Positions 58,498 to 64,000 of a stretch of DNA of 64,000 nt are shown piece by piece. A model generated the notes under the pieces. It made no database searches, was not told the DNA's origin, and was given only the letters and a program-made list of their open reading frames with translations. A program made the translations under genes and the position numbers. The stretch comes from Limnochordaceae bacterium (GTDB lineage Bacteria; Bacillota; Limnochordia; Limnochordales; DUMU01). Every line of letters starts with the position of its first letter. Position 1 is the first letter of the stretch. Location: contig JADBKQ010000001.1 of assembly GCA_014896305.1 (NCBI GenBank), positions 20,066 through 84,065 on the forward strand. The letters are read 5' to 3'.

Positions 58498-58983
58498 ATG
58501 AACGCACCAGCCGACTCCGTCCGGCTCATCGCAGAAAATCGCCGAGCCCGTCACGATTACTTCGTAGAAGAGACCTTCGAGGCCGGGATCGTGCTCACCG
58601 GAACCGAGGTCAAGTCCTTGCGGCTCGGCCGCCTCAACCTCGGTGACGGGTACGCCTCTATCGAGCACGGCGAAGTCTTCCTACGCAACGTCCATATCTC
58701 CCCCTATGAGCAAGGCAATCGATTCAACCCCGACCCCCTTCGCCCTCGCAAGCTCTTGCTGCACCGCCGGGAAATCCTGCGGCTGCAAGTACGGTTACGG
58801 GAGCGAGGAATGACGCTGGTGCCCCTCTCTTTCTACTTCCGCAAAGGTCGAGTGAAGGTGAGTTTAGCCCTCGCCCGGGGCAAGAAGCTGTATGACAAGC
58901 GGGAGTCCCAGGCCCGGGAAGAGACAGCCCGTCGTCTTCGTCAGGTGCTCCGCGAACGAGAACGGACGAGCCCTTCCGAGTAA
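58498..58983 (+). CDS. smpB: SsrA-binding protein
   Basis: IAENRRARHDY, EAGIVLTGTEVKSLR, RKLLLHR.EI, GKKLYDKR. Confidence 0.97.
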   Translation: MNAPADSVRLIAENRRARHDYFVEETFEAGIVLTGTEVKSLRLGRLNLGDGYASIEHGEVFLRNVHISPYEQGNRFNPDPLRPRKLLLHRREILRLQVRLRERGMTLVPLSFYFRKGRVKVSLALARGKKLYDKRESQAREETARRLRQVLRERERTSPSE

Positions 58984-59242
58984 GTCACCCGCACTGATCC
59001 AACCACGTGCCCACACGCCGCTTCTTCCCCTTCTCCCCCAGCTCTTTGCTTGTCTTTCGACAGCCCAAGGTCAATTCCCGCCAGTAGTTTCCGGTGAACC
59101 AGGAGGCCCGTATCCTTGTTCTCCAGAAGTTGGCGGGATGTCTCATTCGCTGTCCAGAGGTTTACATCCTGCCAGCCCCGCCGATTTCACCTGCCCTGTC
59201 GCAGGCGGAGCAGTCATGATATACTCATACTGTATCGAGTTT

Positions 59243-59591
59243 GGGGGTGAATCAGGTTCGACACAGGGCGGGATGGCATTCGCAGCGAGCCGAGCCTCTC
59301 CGACTCGTAAATCCGGGGAAAGAACCATAAGTGCCAACAACGATTACGCTCTAGCGGCTGCGTAAGTAGCCTCTACGCCGGCCCGATGACGCCCGCTATT
59401 CGGTGCCCGGTGTCATGCAGCGGGATGGCTCTGACCGCAAGCCTGGACGGTCAGGGGACTCAACAGGCTGGCTGATGCAGGACCCTGCTTTGGGGGGCCG
59501 GCATGAGCGAGATGCAAAACCAAGGCTACGCTCGTAGACGCGGGTGTGGTCCTCCTTGTGGACAGCGGTGCAACTCCGCTCACCTCCACCA
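59243..59591 (+). ncRNA. ssrA: tmRNA; tag ANNDYALAAA
   Basis: 5' GGGGGTGAATCAGGTTCGAC; ATAAGT before GCC resume codon; tag ORF ending ALAAA-stop; 3' CACCTCCACCA; TG-TATACT upstream; follows smpB. Confidence 0.95.
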
Positions 59592-59605
59592 TCTTTGTGA
59601 AGCAC

Positions 59606-59650
59606 AACTCGCCGCCCGCTGGCCAGCAGGGGGCGGCGAGTTCTTATTTA
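59606..59650 (+). terminator. Terminator after ssrA, facing the convergent porV-like gene
   Basis: AACTCGCCGCCC/GGGCGGCGAGTT stem then CTTATTT. Confidence 0.75.
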
Positions 59651-59695
59651 CCTATCTTTCCCTGCCCCTCTTGCGGATCGGCCTGGGAGGTCCTG

Positions 59696-60601
59696 TCAGA
59701 AGCGAATGCCTGCCGAGAACCGATGGCTCACGGGCAAATACGCCTCCAACTGGAGGGCGTAGTCAACGGCCAGATTCCCGCTCACCACTCCCAGTCCGGC
59801 CGTCACCGCTGAGCTGCCGCGACCGCTCCAGCCCCCCAGCCGCAACATCAACCGGCCACTAGTGAGTTCGACTCCGCCCCGCAGCGTGTTCGGCGCCTGG
59901 AAATCGCCGACCCAAAGGAGATTGCCGTGACGCCACGCCATGCCAAACACATACTCGCTATCGAAGCGGTCACTGACTCCATTGTCATAGACCACCGTGC
60001 CGGCTGCATTCCGGACTACAGCTGCCAGCGAGACTGGTCCCTGGGTGAGGAGCACCCCGGCGTCAGCCGTCAGCCCCCACCCCTTCACCCCCGGCAGGTT
60101 CTGACGATAGTACTTGGCAGCCACGCCAATGGCCACGGCACCCGCCTGGCGCGCTCCCCCGACCACCACCACCGACTCCGACAGGTCGAAGACCCCTGTC
60201 GGATTCCCGAACGAATCCCGGTACTCATTCCCGGCCGAGCCGAGCTGCACCAGACCTGCTCCCCAGCCCCCACTGGCTGCCCCGACCGATAGGTAGTCGG
60301 CCACATCGAACTGAGTGGCATACATTGAGGAGAGCTGTGTTCCCCCGACCCGGACCAGCGCTGCCGGATTATAAAAGATGGCCGTGCCGTCGGCAACCGC
60401 GGCCACTCCCGCCCCCCCTAGCGCCAACAAACGTGCGCTGGTGCCCAGGCCCAACAACCCGGCGGTCCCCGCATAGTCGTTCGTTTCACCTGCCGCCGCA
60501 GCGGCCGGGCTACCGACCAGCCCGGCTATGGCCACGACAAGGACCGACGCTGCCAGAGCGGCCCATCGCCCTGACCACTTTTCGTTCACAGGATGCACCA
60601 T
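59696..60601 (-). CDS. PorV/PorQ-family outer-membrane beta-barrel protein
   Basis: Signal peptide; hatch motif GTSARLLALGGA.VA..D..AIFYNPAAL; amphipathic Gly-rich beta strands; C-terminus VDYA..HRFSAGIRF with terminal Phe. Confidence 0.8.
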   Translation of the reverse strand: MVHPVNEKWSGRWAALAASVLVVAIAGLVGSPAAAAAGETNDYAGTAGLLGLGTSARLLALGGAGVAAVADGTAIFYNPAALVRVGGTQLSSMYATQFDVADYLSVGAASGGWGAGLVQLGSAGNEYRDSFGNPTGVFDLSESVVVVGGARQAGAVAIGVAAKYYRQNLPGVKGWGLTADAGVLLTQGPVSLAAVVRNAAGTVVYDNGVSDRFDSEYVFGMAWRHGNLLWVGDFQAPNTLRGGVELTSGRLMLRLGGWSGRGSSAVTAGLGVVSGNLAVDYALQLEAYLPVSHRFSAGIRF

Positions 60602-60622
60602 GCTGCCCACTCCCTTCCCCTC

Positions 60623-63600
60623 TCAGCGAACGATCGTCAGCCGCCCGACCCGACTGGCCGCTCCATCCGCTGTCACCACGGTGAACAGGTACAGCCCACT
60701 GGCCAGTGGCCGGCCGGATAGGTCGGTCAGATCCCACGTGTAATGATTGGCCGCCGGATTGAGATCCCGCTGGAAGACCAACTCGCCGCTGATGCTGTAG
60801 ACGTACAACGTAGCCGGGCCGGTCACTGTGTAGTAGAAGGTTACGGAGTCGTGCGCCGGGTTCGGGCCCGTGGTTACCGTCCCGTTCACCACGGCGATGG
60901 TGAAGATCCCGCTCTTCGCCTGCACGCTGTGCCCCAGCGGGTCAGTGGCCGTTACCCGCACCTGGAACCGGTCGCCGCCCCTACCGACCTGCCGGGTGTC
61001 CCAAGAGTACACCCCGTCGTTCTCCGTCTTCTGCACGATGGTCTTCCATGTGCTTCCACCATCTGCACTGTACTCGATCCGAATGGACAGTTCGTCCCCG
61101 TCCGGATCCTGGGCCTGCCACCGGATCTCGTGCTCGCCGGTCCAGACATCCCCTGCCTGAGGTGCCGTCACCTCCACCTTGGCGTCGGCTACGTGCAGCA
61201 CCACCGGTACAGTGATCTCTGACTTGTTGGGATCGTTGGTTGTGATCTTCACCATTGCCGAGTACTCCCCCACCGCCAGACCGGCTGTATTGACGGTCAC
61301 CTTGAGCACTCGTTGTTCACCCGGCGGAATGCTTCCGGTCGCTGGCTCGAGAGACAACCAGCTGGCAGAGGAAACGACCTGCGTCTGGAAGTCAAGAGTA
61401 CCCTGGACGCCCTGGACACGGGGGTTGGCTACTGTCAACGTTGCTTGCGCCGTCGTCTCCCGGTTCAAGGTGAACTCCAGCTGGTTTGGCGTAACGACGT
61501 ACGCAACGGTCACCTGCCCGACAGCTACGCTCTGGGCACCCTCGTTATCCTCGTAACTGACCCGGATGGTGTACTTCCCAGGCTGCTGGTAGGCATGTTT
61601 CTGGTTGACCTGCGCGGGCTGTGGCGGCGTTCCGTCTCCCCAGTCCACCGTGGCCGTTTTGATCGAGCCATCCACATCCTCAGCTGCCGTGACGAGCAGG
61701 ATTTCTGTCCCTGGTTCCACTGGACCGGCAGCATCGATGCCAGCCAACAGGATGACCGGGGCCACGTTGGTCGCACCGCCAAAGTTGTGGTAGGCCCGAG
61801 CCAGTACCTGCGGCAAGGTGCCAGTAACCGGCACCAGAGCCTGTGAGCTTACCCTGCCGTTGGGATAGTTGGGATAGTAGACAGGCCACTTCAGCGGGAG
61901 CAGTTGAGTCCCTCCCTGCTTCCGGTTGGGCAGACTGAGTTGCCCCCGGCGGGCCGGCTGAACCACGAAGGAACCAGCCTGCGCCGCTGCCAAGGCCGCC
62001 TGTTGCTCATCGTTGGCCACCAGGCTCTGAAGGGGGATCGCCTCCAGGGGGAAGGTGGTAAACGCGACCCAGTAGTCATCGCCACGATACACCAGGCCAT
62101 TGGGGACAAAGCCCTGGCTGTAATCGTTCGGGTCAGCCGGACGAAGGAAAAACGGAGAGATCGTACGCCAGTCGCTAGTGATCGCATCACTCCAGTCGCT
62201 GAACGGAAAGTCCGGCTGAATGACCAGGTCTTTCGTAATGGGTTCACTCTGCCAGCCGATGACGAGCGGCGATCCAACGTCGTGTTGCACGTTATCCACG
62301 TGCAGGTAGGTTCTGGCAAACGCTTGCCCTTCAGGGGTCGGCCAAAGATTGAAGAGCTCGTCCTGCCCGGACAGAATCAAACGGCCGCCGTGATCCAGGA
62401 ATTCGGCCAGAGCCGCCACCTGCGCTCTGCCGGTATAACCTGTTTCACCCGTCGTCCATAACAGCAGGTAGTCCCAGGCTCCATCGAGGATTCCCTGGCT
62501 GTCCACCAGATCATCTGGGTTCACCACGACATAGGGCAGGCGAAGCTGGTCGAGAGCGGCGGTCAACCTCTGCCAGGCGACCAGGTGCGTTTCTTCGCTG
62601 GAATATGTACCGCCGTCGACCACCAGGAGACGGGTTCCCACCGGAACGACCACAAAGGTACGAGTCGCCCAGGTGTCTTCCCCTTGATCGTCCACCGCCT
62701 GTAAGCGGGCCTGGTAGACGCCCGGCGCTGTATAGGTGTGGGATGCCGCATAATCCGGCCCCTGCACTCGCACCCTCGGCGAACCATCGCCGAACTCCCA
62801 GTAGACCTCGGCGACCGCAGCGACTTGCACCGGGTCGGTCACCTGGGCCCGTACTTCGACAGTCAACGGCGCGTCACCCAGCTGGCGATTGCTGCCAACA
62901 CTGACGACGGGGGGCAGGTTGACATCGAAACCGGTCAAGAAGTGGTAGATACGCTGCGCTACGTCGGCAGCGCCGGTCACCCCGGAGGGCAGAGCCGCGA
63001 ATTCAAACGCGGCAAATACCGACCGCGCCCCCTTCGGATCTGAGGAGATGAACCGAACCGCCGGCGTTATGCCAGCGGGAGACGTCAACGTCGCATCCGC
63101 ATCCAGGGTGGGAACCAGCGAGTCGGCTCGATCGGTATATCCCACTGGATACTGAAGCTCGATCGCCCCCAGCCCCCTGCTGATGGGGTCTGCTGGGATA
63201 CCTGCAATCGCAGCCAACCCTACGTCCTGTTGGGTCCTGTCCACATGCAATACTGTCTTGGCAAATGAGGTACCTGCCAAGTCCTGCAGAATGTCCTGGC
63301 CGGTCAGGAAGAACTTCCCTCCGGCCTGGTGCAAAGCAGCCAGGAAAGCCTGTTCATCCGGGTTCAGGGCACCGCTGGATACTGCCCCCGTCTCCCAGAA
63401 TACCGGCTCGGGCAGCTGAGCAGGGTCCAGCCGCAACAGGGATGCAGGATCGGTCACAGTGAAAGGAATCCGGGCTGATTGCAGTGCGTTGGCCAGCGCT
63501 TGCTGGTACTCCGCCCCCTGATCATCATCCACGACCAGGGCCAGCGGCGGCTGACCGGGTGGTGGAGCCACCTCCACCGTTGCGTACACGGTCACCGCAT

Positions 63601-64000
63601 CGCCATCCGCATCCGTAGCGGTGACGGCAACCACATACACTCCTGGCTCGCGGTACGCGTGTGTCACCTCCGCTTGTGTGCCCGTCACTGGTGCACCGCC
63701 ATCGCCGAAATCCCATTTCAAGGAGGCCAGCGTGCTAAACGGCGTCTTGACCGTGGCCGCAAAGCTCACCTCTACCGGAGAAGCGTTGTCCGTCTTGGCC
63801 ACGCGCTGCCCCCAGGGCCGTCCGTTTACTTTCACCTCCTCAATTACGGGCAAGATCCGTTGGCTCACCGCATTCCAGGCGTTCAGCCGGACCGGAGAGA
63901 CCATCTTGCCCTGGAACGATGGCTGGTAGTCTCCAGAGTACATTAGAAGCTCCTTGAGGGTTAGCTGCCCTTGCTGGTAGCCTGGTGCACCTGGGAAAGC
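60623..64000 (-). CDS. Large multidomain protein (5'-truncated): S8-like C-end, 3x PKD, 2x GATase-like, BACON/Ig, T9SS type-A-like CTD
   Basis: Frame open to window edge; LKELLMYSGD...GKM...RLNAWNAV resembles the end of a subtilase domain; W(D/E)FGDG..H.Y..PG.Y PKD x3; WLSLEP.TGSI.PG BACON; tail GPNP..TFYY..LYVYSISGELV..WDL.D.SG.PLASGLY..V..GRL.IVR. Confidence 0.85.
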   Translation of the reverse strand, partial: AFPGAPGYQQGQLTLKELLMYSGDYQPSFQGKMVSPVRLNAWNAVSQRILPVIEEVKVNGRPWGQRVAKTDNASPVEVSFAATVKTPFSTLASLKWDFGDGGAPVTGTQAEVTHAYREPGVYVVAVTATDADGDAVTVYATVEVAPPPGQPPLALVVDDDQGAEYQQALANALQSARIPFTVTDPASLLRLDPAQLPEPVFWETGAVSSGALNPDEQAFLAALHQAGGKFFLTGQDILQDLAGTSFAKTVLHVDRTQQDVGLAAIAGIPADPISRGLGAIELQYPVGYTDRADSLVPTLDADATLTSPAGITPAVRFISSDPKGARSVFAAFEFAALPSGVTGAADVAQRIYHFLTGFDVNLPPVVSVGSNRQLGDAPLTVEVRAQVTDPVQVAAVAEVYWEFGDGSPRVRVQGPDYAASHTYTAPGVYQARLQAVDDQGEDTWATRTFVVVPVGTRLLVVDGGTYSSEETHLVAWQRLTAALDQLRLPYVVVNPDDLVDSQGILDGAWDYLLLWTTGETGYTGRAQVAALAEFLDHGGRLILSGQDELFNLWPTPEGQAFARTYLHVDNVQHDVGSPLVIGWQSEPITKDLVIQPDFPFSDWSDAITSDWRTISPFFLRPADPNDYSQGFVPNGLVYRGDDYWVAFTTFPLEAIPLQSLVANDEQQAALAAAQAGSFVVQPARRGQLSLPNRKQGGTQLLPLKWPVYYPNYPNGRVSSQALVPVTGTLPQVLARAYHNFGGATNVAPVILLAGIDAAGPVEPGTEILLVTAAEDVDGSIKTATVDWGDGTPPQPAQVNQKHAYQQPGKYTIRVSYEDNEGAQSVAVGQVTVAYVVTPNQLEFTLNRETTAQATLTVANPRVQGVQGTLDFQTQVVSSASWLSLEPATGSIPPGEQRVLKVTVNTAGLAVGEYSAMVKITTNDPNKSEITVPVVLHVADAKVEVTAPQAGDVWTGEHEIRWQAQDPDGDELSIRIEYSADGGSTWKTIVQKTENDGVYSWDTRQVGRGGDRFQVRVTATDPLGHSVQAKSGIFTIAVVNGTVTTGPNPAHDSVTFYYTVTGPATLYVYSISGELVFQRDLNPAANHYTWDLTDLSGRPLASGLYLFTVVTADGAASRVGRLTIVR

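Noticed and set aside
58892-59365. 157-aa ORF ending in ANNDYALAAA
   Set aside because: This is the tmRNA tag frame extended upstream by chance, not a protein gene.
63941-63955. ATG 63943 with AAGGAG as the true start of the large protein
   Set aside because: The frame stays open to 64000, no signal peptide follows, and the ATG falls inside a subtilase-like terminal motif.
1-64000. CRISPR array, cas genes, integrase, transposase or prophage
   Set aside because: No regularly spaced direct repeats and no such protein motifs seen in any ORF.

Overview
64-kb chromosomal window from a GC-rich, endospore-forming bacterium (gerKA/KB/KC, cotJB/cotJC, lonB, GerMN). It also looks diderm: it encodes a predicted outer-membrane beta-barrel, and its solute-binding proteins lack lipoboxes. 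This combination fits Limnochordia-like diderm Firmicutes (inference). Core content: tig-clpP-clpX-lonB-lon-argF, amidase-GerMN-murD-rph-rdgB, six tRNAs, smpB-ssrA, glgA, a phosphomannomutase, an ADP-forming acyl-CoA synthetase, a TPP riboswitch with thiB, and a fluoride riboswitch with DUF6062-crcB-DUF190. Top finding: immediately 3' of tmRNA, a PorV/PorQ-like beta-barrel gene follows a large, 5'-truncated protein (S8-like end, PKD and BACON domains) that ends in a T9SS type-A-like C-terminal sorting domain. This looks like a cargo plus PorV pair in a spore-former, far outside Bacteroidota. Other notable items: an archaeal-type ADP-dependent phosphofructokinase with glgA splitting a tRNA cluster, a TPP aptamer with an extra hairpin inside its core, a Zn-motif DUF6062 gene under fluoride control, a Pro-rich extended CotJB, an FMN GltB-like gene coupled to the ger operon, and a probably leaderless smpB. 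No CRISPR array, integrase or transposase was seen. All family assignments come from motif recognition by eye, not database searches. Several start codons were moved from the ORF track using RBS evidence.
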